This document shows, piece after piece, positions 10,634-20,027 of a DNA stretch of 64,000 bases. The notes under the pieces were generated by a model. That model had not been told where the DNA came from. It made no database searches and worked only from the letters and a program-made list of their open reading frames with translations. Source of the stretch: Nitrospirota bacterium (lineage in GTDB: Bacteria; Nitrospirota; Thermodesulfovibrionia; Thermodesulfovibrionales; JdFR-86); assembly GCA_963721805.1 (NCBI GenBank), contig CAVRJY010000001.1, positions 704,001-768,000 of the forward strand. Reading direction: 5' to 3'. Position 1 is the first letter of the stretch. Every line of letters begins with the position of its first letter. Position numbers and translations under genes: made by a program.

Positions 10634-12424
10634 TCAGCCCGGAGCGCTTATGGCGATAGCTTCCTTCAAGTCTGTCAGCCCTTCCGCGATGCCGTCGATA
10701 CGGGTCAGTGCTTTCGAGAGTTCGGCGCTCCTTTCGGAGGCCTCCGTCTCGCCTTTTGCCCTGAGCGCCATGCCTTTTTCTATTGCCGCGCCTATCCCTT
10801 CAATGGTCGCCTCGATCCGCCGGAGCATCTCCCACCTGAAATCGAGCTTGCTCTTCTCAAGCCGTTGCTCGAAGTCATACCCCGACCTGGCTGATTGCAG
10901 GTCGATCACACGCTGGAGGTATTCCTTCATCTTGTTGTGGATTATCCTTTCGCCGACAAACTTCGGCAGAAGCAGGGTCAGCGATGACGCTACGGTCGCT
11001 ATGCCCCCCGGCTGTTCCCTGTATTCACGGTAGAACCTCGCCTTCGTCGACCAGACAGCCTCCGCCTTCACTATATCCAGAGGGACGTCAAAAAGCTCCG
11101 AAGAGTATCTGAGCAGGGAGTCGACGGCATCGTCGATTTTCATGATGAAACGCTTGCAACCCGCATCGAACACCTTCGCGAGCTTTTCGCCCTCGCCCCT
11201 ACGCCAAACCCTGAACGCCCCGATGACCTCGGAGATTACCTGGCCCTCCATCTGCTGCCGGAGTTCTTTCAGGGACAGGCCCCGGCGTTCGGCGTAGCTG
11301 TTTTCAAGGGTTGCCGAGAGCGCCGGCGTCAACTCCCGCCTGAATGTCTTGAGGTCTTCTTCAAGGACGTTGCCGATGATCTTCTTCACCTCGCCGTCGA
11401 GCAGCAGGGTGAAGTCTTCCTTTTCGGTCAAGACCTCTGTCTTTTTCTTTTCAAAAAGCCGCACCCTTTGCCTGAGTTCATCCGCCGGCGTCGCAAGGGC
11501 CTTAACCTCAAGCTCCAGCTCAAACCGGGCCTGAGAGATCAGGCGCAGGAGGTTGCCAGTCACCGAAAGCAGCAGTATCTTTCCCTTTTCTTCCATTAGG
11601 AATTTGCTCAGCGCCCCGGAAAACTGCGGAAGATGGCTCCGGGCCATAAGCTCGCTGTCACCGGAGAGCACTCCCTCGAGCGCAAGCTTCGCCGAGACTG
11701 GAAAGATCCGCGCGTCCGTCCCTATTGCGTCTTTCAGCACCCTCTCTGAAAACTCGATTGACTCGCGCAGGTCGCTGGCGCTGAAATAGTCGGCCTTGTT
11801 GAGGAGGAAAAATATCCTGCGAGAAAATTCCCCGACGTCCTTGAGAAAATCAATTTCAGCCTTGCCCAGCGGCTGGTCCACGGACATGACAAAGAGCGCG
11901 GCGTCGGAGTTGGGGAGATACTGATATGCGATATCCGTGTTGTGCTGGTAAACAGAACCCACCCCCGGCGTGTCGATCAACCGCACCCCGCCCGCAAGGA
12001 AAGGCGACGGGTATGTGATTGTCACTTCGGAGACGCCCTTCTCGTTCCTCGGGTTGCCCCGCTCCGTGACATATTCAGGCAGACACTCAGGCTTGATCCC
12101 GGAGACCCTGCCGTCATTGAAATGCACCGTGATCCGAAGTGCGTCCCCATACTCGATGACGGTCACGACGGATGTGAGCGGGACGACCGCAACAGGGAGG
12201 ATTCCGGAGCCGAGCAGGGCATTGATAAGGCTCGTCTTGCCCCGCTTGAACTGCCCGACCACCACGAGATTGAATGTATTGGCCTCGATCTTTTTCCGCA
12301 ACTCCTCGCAAGCGCCGCCGCGCAACGCCTCAACGCCGCTCATCTCGCCGATATATCTTATGAGCGTGTTTTTCAGGCGGTCGTAATCGGAGGCCATGTG
12401 CGGACCAGGTTTTCCGGAGCTCAA
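10634..12424 (-). CDS. Bacterial dynamin-like GTPase
   Basis: GQFKRGKTS (G1), PLT (G2), DTPG (G3), NKAD (G4), followed by a long helical region. Confidence 0.88.
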   Translation of the reverse strand: MSSGKPGPHMASDYDRLKNTLIRYIGEMSGVEALRGGACEELRKKIEANTFNLVVVGQFKRGKTSLINALLGSGILPVAVVPLTSVVTVIEYGDALRITVHFNDGRVSGIKPECLPEYVTERGNPRNEKGVSEVTITYPSPFLAGGVRLIDTPGVGSVYQHNTDIAYQYLPNSDAALFVMSVDQPLGKAEIDFLKDVGEFSRRIFFLLNKADYFSASDLRESIEFSERVLKDAIGTDARIFPVSAKLALEGVLSGDSELMARSHLPQFSGALSKFLMEEKGKILLLSVTGNLLRLISQARFELELEVKALATPADELRQRVRLFEKKKTEVLTEKEDFTLLLDGEVKKIIGNVLEEDLKTFRRELTPALSATLENSYAERRGLSLKELRQQMEGQVISEVIGAFRVWRRGEGEKLAKVFDAGCKRFIMKIDDAVDSLLRYSSELFDVPLDIVKAEAVWSTKARFYREYREQPGGIATVASSLTLLLPKFVGERIIHNKMKEYLQRVIDLQSARSGYDFEQRLEKSKLDFRWEMLRRIEATIEGIGAAIEKGMALRAKGETEASERSAELSKALTRIDGIAEGLTDLKEAIAISAPG

Positions 12425-12448
12425 TTTTCCTTATTCCTTTCCGGGCAT

Positions 12449-12486
12449 AAAAAAACTCCCGCCCTCGCAATCCCGAGAGTAGGAGT
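12449..12486 (-). terminator. Intrinsic terminator forming the riboswitch expression platform
   Basis: Minus strand ACTCCTACTCTCG-GGATTG-CGAGGGCGGGAGT-TTTTTTT; the 5' arm overlaps the aptamer 3' end. Confidence 0.85.
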
Positions 12487-12530
12487 CATCAGTCCGGCTT
12501 CGGACGGTTAAAGGCGAACTCCATCGCCGT
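12478..12530 (-). ncRNA. Fluoride (crcB) riboswitch
   Basis: Minus strand GGCGATGGAGTTCGCC-TTTAACC-GTCCGAAGCCGGAC-TGATGACTCCTAC fits the fluoride aptamer consensus, with GGAGT/ACTCC pseudoknot; crcB lies downstream. Confidence 0.93.
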
Positions 12531-12557
12531 GTATAAACATTAGCACAAGGATTTTAT

Positions 12558-14195
12558 TCAGTCAATCCCAACGAGCACGAAGTCATCGAGCTCGCCGGCC
12601 TTCAGCGCCTCGAGGTATACGATGAACTGCGACTCCGAGTGGCGGTACAGCTTGCCTCGCCAGAGCACCTTCATGCCCGGCCGGTCGATGGCCTCGTAGG
12701 TCTTCTGATCCACGAGCGCCAGGGTGGGCTCTCGCGTATCTATCCGCTCCTGCAGCTCCGCGCGCTTTACGTGCACGACGCGGCGATCGGCGTAATAGGT
12801 GAAGCTCTCCTGATATATGCCGCAGGCGAAGAGCTCGCGCGTGATTGCGGGATCGGCGGCCTCTATCGCGGCGCCGAGGGAGCGGTACTCGCGGTGGGCC
12901 TCGATCTTCGGAAGCACCGAGACCGTAAATACGAGATAGAGCACTACGGTGGCGGCGAATACTGCCGAGATGCAGGCGGCCGGCCGGTACTTGAGCGCCC
13001 CGTACAGCGCATAGCCGCAGATCAGCGCGAGCGCGGCGAGCCCGATAGTGCCTGCCGCGCCATCGCCCGGGAGCATGTAACTTAGCCAGATAACCCCGCC
13101 CAGGACGACCAGGCAGGTGAGCGCCGCTAGCCATGACATCGCGCGCCGCCAACTGCCGCCCTCGAGCGCGCCATCGGCCCACGACGCCGTGATGACCGCA
13201 AGCGGCGTAAACAGCGAATAGACGTACGTCGGGAGCTTGGAGTGCGAGAGGCTGAAAAACACGAACACGGACGCGGCCCACAGGATCGGGAAGCGCAATT
13301 TGCGCCATGCCTCGGAGCGGTTGAGCGCGGCCCACGCAAGCGCGCCGAGCATAAGAAACGAGCCCGGTAGGAAGCTCGCCGGGACCGAGCCGAAATAAAA
13401 TAACGGCGACGAGGTCCCGCTCTTTCGCTCCATGAACCTCCCTATGTTCTCCCCAAACGCGACCGAGGTGAAATCGCGGCCGTAAGTGTCGGCCATCAGG
13501 AGATACCACGGCAGCGCGATCAGGGCATAGACCGCGATGCCCATCGGAGAGACGATGAACCTGAGCTCCCGCCACCTGCGGTCCGCGATGATCATCACTA
13601 CCATGACCAGCAGCGGGAGCAGCAGGCCGATAGGGCCCTTGGCGAGCGTCGCGAAGGCCGCAACCCCGTATGCTATCGCATACCACGCGCGCTTCAGCCG
13701 CGGGGCCTCTGAGGAGTACGCCTCATAAAACGCCCCGGTGGCGGCTATTGTGAGCACGGTAATCAGCATCTCCGGAGAGCCGAACCGCGCCGCGGTGTTG
13801 TAGTCCAGGGCCCCGGCCACGAGCGCGGCCGCTATGAGCGCCGGGCGCCTCCGTCCGAGCATCCTGATCGACAGCAGATACGTTATCAGCACCCCGGCCG
13901 CGGCCGCGACGGCCGAGACCATGCGCGGAGCGGCCTCGTTGTCCCCGATCGCGCGCTGGGCCGCGTAGACGAGCCAGTACATCAGCGGGGGCTTCTGGAA
14001 CCGCGGCTCGTAGTTGAAGTACGGGGTCAGCAAGTCGCCTCTGGCCGCCATCTCGCGCGGGGCCTCGGCATAGAAGGCCTCGTTGGGGTTCCATACCGCC
14101 GGGAGCCCCATGTTCACGAAATATACCGCCACGAGGCATACGGCCGCGATCAGCGCGGCCCTGGTCGTGCGGTCAATGTCCTGTAGCGGTCTCAT
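12558..14195 (-). CDS. ArnT/PMT-like glycosyltransferase family 39 protein
   Basis: NEAFYAEAPREM...RFQKPPLMYW, LAKGPIG, SKLPTY motifs; polytopic membrane protein. Confidence 0.88.
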   Translation of the reverse strand: MRPLQDIDRTTRAALIAAVCLVAVYFVNMGLPAVWNPNEAFYAEAPREMAARGDLLTPYFNYEPRFQKPPLMYWLVYAAQRAIGDNEAAPRMVSAVAAAAGVLITYLLSIRMLGRRRPALIAAALVAGALDYNTAARFGSPEMLITVLTIAATGAFYEAYSSEAPRLKRAWYAIAYGVAAFATLAKGPIGLLLPLLVMVVMIIADRRWRELRFIVSPMGIAVYALIALPWYLLMADTYGRDFTSVAFGENIGRFMERKSGTSSPLFYFGSVPASFLPGSFLMLGALAWAALNRSEAWRKLRFPILWAASVFVFFSLSHSKLPTYVYSLFTPLAVITASWADGALEGGSWRRAMSWLAALTCLVVLGGVIWLSYMLPGDGAAGTIGLAALALICGYALYGALKYRPAACISAVFAATVVLYLVFTVSVLPKIEAHREYRSLGAAIEAADPAITRELFACGIYQESFTYYADRRVVHVKRAELQERIDTREPTLALVDQKTYEAIDRPGMKVLWRGKLYRHSESQFIVYLEALKAGELDDFVLVGID

Positions 14196-14216
14196 GGGCG
14201 CAGGAGTATAACTGTT

Positions 14217-14807
14217 TCAGCGCCGCGTTTTCCGCATGTGCAGGCTGCCCAGGTATGCCGCGCAGCCTATCATCAGCGGGACGTCGACGAGGTAATCAAA
14301 CAGGTTGTCCGAGGGCAGGAGCCTCAGGCTATACGCCCCGAGCGCCGCTAGCGGCACGAACCCGAGCCTCCCCCCGGTCCAGAAAAGCCCGGCCGCTGAC
14401 GCGCCGACGAACACGAACCAGATCGAGAACGTGAAGCCCATCGCGTAGATGTCCGGCCCGATCAGGCCGAGGTACGAGGCGTAGAGCAGCACAGGGAACG
14501 CGACGCCGAAATAAGCGAAGGCAGTGACCTCGCCCCGCGACAGCGGCAGCCTCAGGCCGAGCATGCGCCATAGCAGCATCAGCGCCCCGGCCAGCGAGCC
14601 TATCGAGAACACCGGGTTGACCGAGAGGATAAGATCGGCGGCCGAGAGCCCGCGCACGGGAACCAGCGATGCCGCGGCGGCCGCCGCGCCTATGCAGATT
14701 ATCAGAGCCCGGCCCGGCCGCCTCGCGTGCATGAGGCTCTGCAATATCCAGATAGCGGCGAGCGCCGAGAGCAGGGCCGGGGTGACGAGCGGGAAGTACG
14801 CGCTCAC
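14217..14807 (-). CDS. Hypothetical integral membrane protein
   Basis: Hydrophobic 196-aa ORF overlapping the upstream gene stop by 4 nt; C-terminal SDNLFDYLVD. Confidence 0.7.
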   Translation of the reverse strand: MSAYFPLVTPALLSALAAIWILQSLMHARRPGRALIICIGAAAAAASLVPVRGLSAADLILSVNPVFSIGSLAGALMLLWRMLGLRLPLSRGEVTAFAYFGVAFPVLLYASYLGLIGPDIYAMGFTFSIWFVFVGASAAGLFWTGGRLGFVPLAALGAYSLRLLPSDNLFDYLVDVPLMIGCAAYLGSLHMRKTRR

Positions 14808-15976
14808 TTTTTGGCCTCGTCGAGCTTCAGGTTCAGCCAGTCGTCGTTGAACGAGACGTGCTTGATCGTCTTTCGGTCGTAGGTGTAGGTGATATGGTAA
14901 AGCCCGGTCTCGGAGCGCGTGATGAAGGGATAGGAAAACTCGCCGCTGGGGGATTGCTCCAGAGTCTTGGCTATCACCCAGGTCCTGCCCTTGTCATATG
15001 AGACCGCGAGCTTGAGATTCCGGCGGTCGGCCTTGCTCCAGTTCAAAGCGGCGAGGTACGAGCCGTCGGGCCGCGCTATGACGTCCGCGCCGGAGTTCGG
15101 GCTCGGCAGCGGGGATTCGGTGACGCTGTTCCAGATCCGCCCGAGGTCGTGGCTTTCGGCCACCAGCATCTGGCCCTTTTTCATGTTGCGCATATAGGCG
15201 ACCAGCTCCTGCCCCGCGCCGTTGATCAGCGAGGGCTGGATCGCGCTTTGTTCGCGCGTGAGCTTCCTGACCTCTACCGAGACTTCGTCGGCCCACGCGT
15301 CTTGTGGGGTTATGCGCACGATCAGCGAGTGCTTCGTTATCAGCTCCTGGTATGCAGGAAGCAGGAGCGAGCCGTCGTCGAGCTCGACCGGCTTGTTCTT
15401 GACGTTCGTGGAGATATTAAGAAACGGGCTGGTGACGAGCTGCCTCGCACGGCCCCATGTCTCGCCGTCGTCGGAGGAGACCTTGTAGTTTAAAGAGCAG
15501 TCCGACCAGCCTCCAAAGGACGTAGTCGCGAAGAACAGCCAGAGCCTGCCGTGGGAGTCCTTGAACACGAGCGAGTTGCCGAGCTTGCGGACGTACCTGC
15601 CGAGCTCGTGCGAGGCCGAGCTCGCGGTGACTATCCGCACCGGCGGGCCCCACAGCAGGGTGTGCTCGTCGTAGGTGGCCGAGTCGATAGTGACGTCCGG
15701 GGCGCCCTCGGCCGAGCCCTCGTACCACGCGGCCATCACCCGGCCGCGGCCAAGGGGAGTCACCGACGAGACATGGCGCATCGTGCCTACCGTCACGGGG
15801 AGGACCGGGACCTCCATGTAGAAGGGGCTGTGCATGAGGCTGACCGAGGCGGGGGGCTGCCTTACGCTCCGCCCGGCCCAGCCGTGGGCGACCGATGCGC
15901 GCCAGGACGAATACGCGAGAATCGCGGTCAGGGCCGCGCACAAAGCGACCAGGATATAGCGCCAGTGTCCCCTCAT
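14804..15976 (-). CDS. BNR/Asp-box repeat sialidase-like protein
   Basis: Asp boxes SSDDGETW, SHDLGRIW, SYDKGRTW; N-terminal TM/signal. Start placed at ATG 15976, just after a TATAAT. Confidence 0.8.
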   Translation of the reverse strand: MRGHWRYILVALCAALTAILAYSSWRASVAHGWAGRSVRQPPASVSLMHSPFYMEVPVLPVTVGTMRHVSSVTPLGRGRVMAAWYEGSAEGAPDVTIDSATYDEHTLLWGPPVRIVTASSASHELGRYVRKLGNSLVFKDSHGRLWLFFATTSFGGWSDCSLNYKVSSDDGETWGRARQLVTSPFLNISTNVKNKPVELDDGSLLLPAYQELITKHSLIVRITPQDAWADEVSVEVRKLTREQSAIQPSLINGAGQELVAYMRNMKKGQMLVAESHDLGRIWNSVTESPLPSPNSGADVIARPDGSYLAALNWSKADRRNLKLAVSYDKGRTWVIAKTLEQSPSGEFSYPFITRSETGLYHITYTYDRKTIKHVSFNDDWLNLKLDEAKK

Positions 15977-16059
15977 CGGTATACCATTATACACCACGGG
16001 CGTAACTGCCTTGTTTGACAAAGAAAACGCCGTTTTGATATAAAATCAGACTGTACCAT

Positions 16060-16135
16060 TCCCGGGTAGCTCAGCCGGCAGAGCAGGTGACTGTTAATCA
16101 CCCTGTCGGGGGTTCGAATCCCTCCCCGGGAGCCA
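16060..16135 (+). tRNA. tRNA-Asn(GTT)
   Basis: 76-nt cloverleaf TCCCGGG...GGTGA-CTGTTAA-TCACC...GGTTCGAATCC...CCCGGGA-G-CCA; TTGACA at 16015 upstream. Confidence 0.97.
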
Positions 16136-16151
16136 TTTTTCCAAGGACATG

Positions 16152-16185
16152 CCTCGCCCCAACAGCACACGGGCGAGGTTTTTTT
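16152..16185 (+). terminator. Intrinsic terminator after tRNA-Asn
   Basis: CCTCGCCC...GGGCGAGG followed by T7. Confidence 0.8.
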
Positions 16186-16298
16186 ATAGGACCCGCTGCA
16201 AGGTTGATCCTGAGACAGCCCCTTTGGGGCGCGTTTCCAACTGCGGGGCGGTTTGTATTATAATTCGCAGTTCCCGACTAACTGGCACCGGAGGGCTG

Positions 16299-17468
16299 AT
16301 GGCAAAGACCCGCGCATTCAAGCTTGAGAAGATTCACACCGAGATAGTCTCGAAGGCCACGATGTTCAAGGTCCTGAAGTACCTTGACGCCGGAGGCTTC
16401 GAGACCCCGTTTCTGCTCCTGGACGGCGACCAGGTGCGCGCCAAGGCCAAACTGATAGGTTCGAAGATCCGCAACTCCCGCGTCTTCTACGCGGTCAAGG
16501 CCAACCCGGACATCGAGACCCTGAAGCTCATCGACGCGATGGGCCTGGGGTTCGAGATCGCCTCGGACGGCGAGCTGCGCCTGCTCGAGACCCTGGGCGT
16601 CGCGCCCGAGCGCATCATCACGAGCAACCCGGTCAAGTCCGTCAAGTTCATAAAGAAGGCCACGGAATACGGCGTGACGTTCTTCTCTTACGACAGCTAC
16701 GCCGAGGTCGACAAGATGGCGGCCCATGCGCCGGGGGCGAACGTATACCTCCGCCTCACCGTGCCGAACGAGGGCAGCGAGTGGCCGTTGAGCAAGAAGT
16801 TCGGCGTCGAGCCTGACCAGGCCATCCCGATTCTGGAGTACGCGCGCAACAAGGGGCTGAACCCCATAGGCATCACCTTCCACGTCGGCTCGCAGTGCCT
16901 GAACAAGTACAGCTGGAACACCGCGATCCAGAAGGCCCGCTCGCTTTGGGACCTGGCAGCGGAGCGCGGCATCCACATGCGCATCCTCAACATCGGCGGC
17001 GGCTATCCGGTTACTTACACCAAGAGCGTCGTCGGGATCGAGGAGATCGAGCGCAACATCGACAGCGTCATCGCCGAGCAGTTCCCGGAGGGCGTCGAGG
17101 TCTATATCGAGCCCGGACGCGGGATGGTCGGCGACGCGGGCGTATTCGTCTCGACCATACACGGCAAGGCCATGCGCGGCGAGAGGCAGTGGGTCTACAT
17201 CGACGTAGGCGTCTTCAACGGCCTGATGGAGAGCGTGGGCGGCATCAGGTACAGCTACCTCGTCGAGAACATCGGCCAGCAGATCCGAAACGTCGACTGC
17301 ACGCTCGGAGGGCCGAGCTGCGACAGCTTCGACGTCATAACCGAGGACTGCACGCTCGCGGGGCCGGAGCTAGGCTGCCTCGTCCTGATACTCTCGGCCG
17401 GCGCGTACACGATCTCGTACGCATCGGAGTTCAACGGGTTTTCGATCCCGAAGACCATCATCATATAG
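16299..17468 (+). CDS. Ornithine/lysine/arginine decarboxylase (fold type III PLP enzyme)
   Basis: FYAVKANP, FHVGSQ, NIGGGY, EPGR, GPSCDSFD motifs; RBS GGAGG before ATG 16299. Confidence 0.9.
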   Translation: MAKTRAFKLEKIHTEIVSKATMFKVLKYLDAGGFETPFLLLDGDQVRAKAKLIGSKIRNSRVFYAVKANPDIETLKLIDAMGLGFEIASDGELRLLETLGVAPERIITSNPVKSVKFIKKATEYGVTFFSYDSYAEVDKMAAHAPGANVYLRLTVPNEGSEWPLSKKFGVEPDQAIPILEYARNKGLNPIGITFHVGSQCLNKYSWNTAIQKARSLWDLAAERGIHMRILNIGGGYPVTYTKSVVGIEEIERNIDSVIAEQFPEGVEVYIEPGRGMVGDAGVFVSTIHGKAMRGERQWVYIDVGVFNGLMESVGGIRYSYLVENIGQQIRNVDCTLGGPSCDSFDVITEDCTLAGPELGCLVLILSAGAYTISYASEFNGFSIPKTIII

Positions 17469-17479
17469 GAGGCGCAGGG

Positions 17480-18334
17480 ATGGTCAAGTTCACCGAGCAC
17501 GTGCCGTTTGTCGATATCGCTTACAGCTATGAGGTCGAGAAGGTCCTCTACAGGGGCAAGAGCAAGTTTCAGGACATCATGGTATTTACGAACCCGCAGT
17601 TCGGCAAGATGCTGATCCTCGACGGCGCGGTGCAGATCACCGAGCGCGACGAGTTTTTCTACCACGAGATGATTACCCACCCGCTGATGCACGCCCACCC
17701 GAACCCGAAGCGCGTCGTGGTCATAGGCGGCGGCGACGGCGGCACGGTGCGCGAGGTCCTAAAGCACAAATCGGTCGAGAAGGTCTACTTCGTCGAGATC
17801 GACCCTGAGGTCATACGCGTATCGAGGGAGTTCTTCCCGACCGTGGCAGGAAGCGTAGGCGATCCGCGCGTCGAGATCAAGAACATGGACGGGGCGGAAT
17901 TTATCAAGTCGCTCAACAACGAGATCGACGTCGTGATCGTGGACTCCACCGACCCGATCGGGTTTGCGCGCAGCCTGTTCAGCGAGCAGTTCCTCCGCAC
18001 CCTGCATCGTGCGCTCACGCCTGAGGGGATGTACGTCACGCAGTCCGAGAGCATGCTGATGCACGCCGATATCGTCAGGGAGATACAGGAGACGATAAAG
18101 AAGGTCTTTCCGTTGACGGACCTCTATTCCACCTGCATTGCGACCTATCCGGGCAACTGGTGGACGTTCTCGTGCGGATCGAAGTCTCACGACATGCGCA
18201 CCATGCGCAGACCGTTTGAGGTCGAGACGAAATACTATGACGATGAAATACACGCGCACTCGTTCATGCCGAAGAGGCTTTACGCACGGCTTATGGTCGG
18301 GTGGCATCCGCTGGTAGTTTTCAAAGCGCGCTAA
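17480..18334 (+). CDS. speE: Polyamine aminopropyltransferase (spermidine synthase)
   Basis: LDGAVQITERDEFFYHEM, IGGGDGG, VDSTDP; RBS GGAGG; the stop codon lies inside repeat copy 1. Confidence 0.93.
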   Translation: MVKFTEHVPFVDIAYSYEVEKVLYRGKSKFQDIMVFTNPQFGKMLILDGAVQITERDEFFYHEMITHPLMHAHPNPKRVVVIGGGDGGTVREVLKHKSVEKVYFVEIDPEVIRVSREFFPTVAGSVGDPRVEIKNMDGAEFIKSLNNEIDVVIVDSTDPIGFARSLFSEQFLRTLHRALTPEGMYVTQSESMLMHADIVREIQETIKKVFPLTDLYSTCIATYPGNWWTFSCGSKSHDMRTMRRPFEVETKYYDDEIHAHSFMPKRLYARLMVGWHPLVVFKAR

Positions 18335-18388
18335 ATACGCGTGATACGTCGTCAGGGGGCAGCGCCCCCTCGCTCCTATTCGCGGCGC
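18323..18388 (+). repeat. Hairpin repeat family copy 1 (truncated, shortened apical stem)
   Basis: AAAGCGCGCTAAATACGCGTGATAC is nearly identical to the start of copy 3; it then runs GTCA-[GGGGGC AGC GCCCCC]-TCGCTCCTA like the reverse complement of copy 7. Confidence 0.75.
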
Positions 18389-18405
18389 TAACGCACCACT
18401 CACTT

Positions 18406-18430
18406 AAAAGGGGCCATCCGGCCCCTTTCT
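18406..18430. terminator. Probable bidirectional terminator
   Basis: AAAAGGGGCC-ATCC-GGCCCCTTT between convergent genes. Confidence 0.65.
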
Positions 18431-19139
18431 TATTGTGGAGATTGTGCTGGTTTGTTAATTGGCTCAAAGCGAATTATTTTTGCTTCGGGGTAGAGCTTAC
18501 TTAAAGCCTCGTGAAGTTTGTCGCGGGTTGTTTCCAAAAAAACTACTGTATCGTCAATATGTTCGATTGCATCATCAGTCATTCTGGATAACTTTGTTGC
18601 CACTCTTTCACCAAGAGCGTTCACATATTGTTGTTTTGAGTATTTAACCCCCTGCGTCATTCCAGCATTCTCGATCAGCGGTTGAGCAATCTCTTCATGA
18701 AGTTTGGAGCGTTCATTGAGTATTTTCGCAGCAGTCTGATATTTACTTTCTGCTATTAATAATTGACCGAGATAGTCACGGTATTCAGTTTCCAGCAGAA
18801 AGCTCAGACTGCTAACATCAAACATCCATCGTTCATAATCCATAGGGGAAATGAAGGTTGCATACCAATGAATCTGAGATCATTCGACCTGATCGAATCA
18901 ATAAATTGTGTTTGGATTAGCCTGAGGCCATTCCACTGTTGCATAAGAATAAACATGGCACGATTACCAAAGGCTACTTCATCGGATTGTTTTCTTCTTA
19001 AACGTTCTTGCTCTTCGGAACGTTTCCGTAGTAAGTGTGCTCGCTCCTCGAGTACGAAGGCATACCAAGCACCGCCAAACGCGGCTCCAAATGCGGCTAG
19101 TGCTGTGATTATCGCGGATAAGATTGTCTCAGAAATCAT
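18430..19139 (-). CDS. AT-rich hypothetical protein with N-terminal TM, probably one gene split by a frameshift near 18845
   Basis: ORFs 18804..19163 and 18430..18843 overlap and join if one base in the run at 18845-18848 is removed. Confidence 0.6.
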
Positions 19140-19159
19140 GCTTTGCACAATGCAACACC

Positions 19160-19390
19160 TCATGCTGCCTTGGCGGGCTCGACCATGACCTTTCCGAAGG
19201 ACTGTATGACGAGTTCGTTAATGTCGGCCTTGTCCGAGACACCGAGTATCTCGATGCCCACGACGTTTCCGGCCCCGTCGTAGTCCGCGATGATATCCTC
19301 TGACAACTCGTCGGTATTGGAGATCTCGGTCTCCTTAAACCGCATGTAGATTGCGTCAGCCTCTTTTGAGTAGTGTATCCTCATGCTCAT
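19160..19390 (-). CDS. DUF2283-type protein (putative antitoxin)
   Basis: IHYSKEADAIYMRF...DIIADYDGAGNVVGIEILGVS signature. Confidence 0.85.
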   Translation of the reverse strand: MSMRIHYSKEADAIYMRFKETEISNTDELSEDIIADYDGAGNVVGIEILGVSDKADINELVIQSFGKVMVEPAKAA

Positions 19391-19626
19391 CGCCTCCCTA
19401 GGTACTTCTCGACCTTATCCGTGACATATACAGTTATCAGCCTGTCGCCATCAGCGACGACCCTTACGAGCTTCTGCCCGGCCTTCTTCTGGTAGACAAT
19501 CCTCTTGCCGCTAGGTACTGTGCTGTCCGGCATGGCGAGGACGGATTGGACCAGATCACGCGCGACCTTCCTCTCGTCCATCTGCAAGAGTATGTGGTCA
19601 GTCCATATCCATTGCCGCTCGGCCAT
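19387..19626 (-). CDS. DUF4258-type protein (putative RelE-like toxin)
   Basis: WTDHILLQMDERKV...LVRVVADGDRLITVY; 4-nt overlap with the DUF2283 gene. Confidence 0.8.
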   Translation of the reverse strand: MAERQWIWTDHILLQMDERKVARDLVQSVLAMPDSTVPSGKRIVYQKKAGQKLVRVVADGDRLITVYVTDKVEKYLGRR

Positions 19627-19850
19627 AAACCTGACTATTATCCTACATCAAAGCGGCCTGTTTGTGTAAGACCTCTTTAACTAACCATAGTTAATCAAAA
19701 ACGCACGGATTTTAATTTTTCCTATCAATTTCGGTTTATATATAAACCGTAGGTTATCGCTTTTTTTGTTTCGTTGTGCTTCAATATCGTATGAGTTTGA
19801 TATGGTCATATTTGATGGGCGGGGCAGGGGAGGCGGGAGAGAGTGCCACA

Positions 19851-20012
19851 TGTTCGGATAAGGCCGCAAAAACCGCACTTTTTATCCGAACATCCGAACA
19901 GGGACGATCTCGAAAAAATGATGTTTTCCGGGGAGTTAGCGTTGCTCTTGCCTCAAACATCCGAACACATAAAATAAAACGTGCGCGCGCGGAATGCGTA
20001 ACTATACCTAAG
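19851..20012 (+). repeat. ACATCCGAAC multi-repeat module A (homologous to 59683..59844)
   Basis: ATCCGAACATCCGAACA-54 nt-AAACATCCGAAC..ATAAAATAAAA...GCGCGCGCGG.ATGCGTAACTATA; inverted copy TGTTCGGAT at 19851. Confidence 0.85.
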
Positions 20013-20027
20013 CGCGGACATCAGAAC

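Noticed and set aside
16060..16135. tRNA-Asn as an island integration site
   Set aside because: No duplicated tRNA 3' end or integrase seen; flanking genes have host-like composition.
19851..20027. CRISPR array
   Set aside because: Repeats are only about 10 bp, irregularly spaced, and no cas genes are present. The same applies to 59498..59844.
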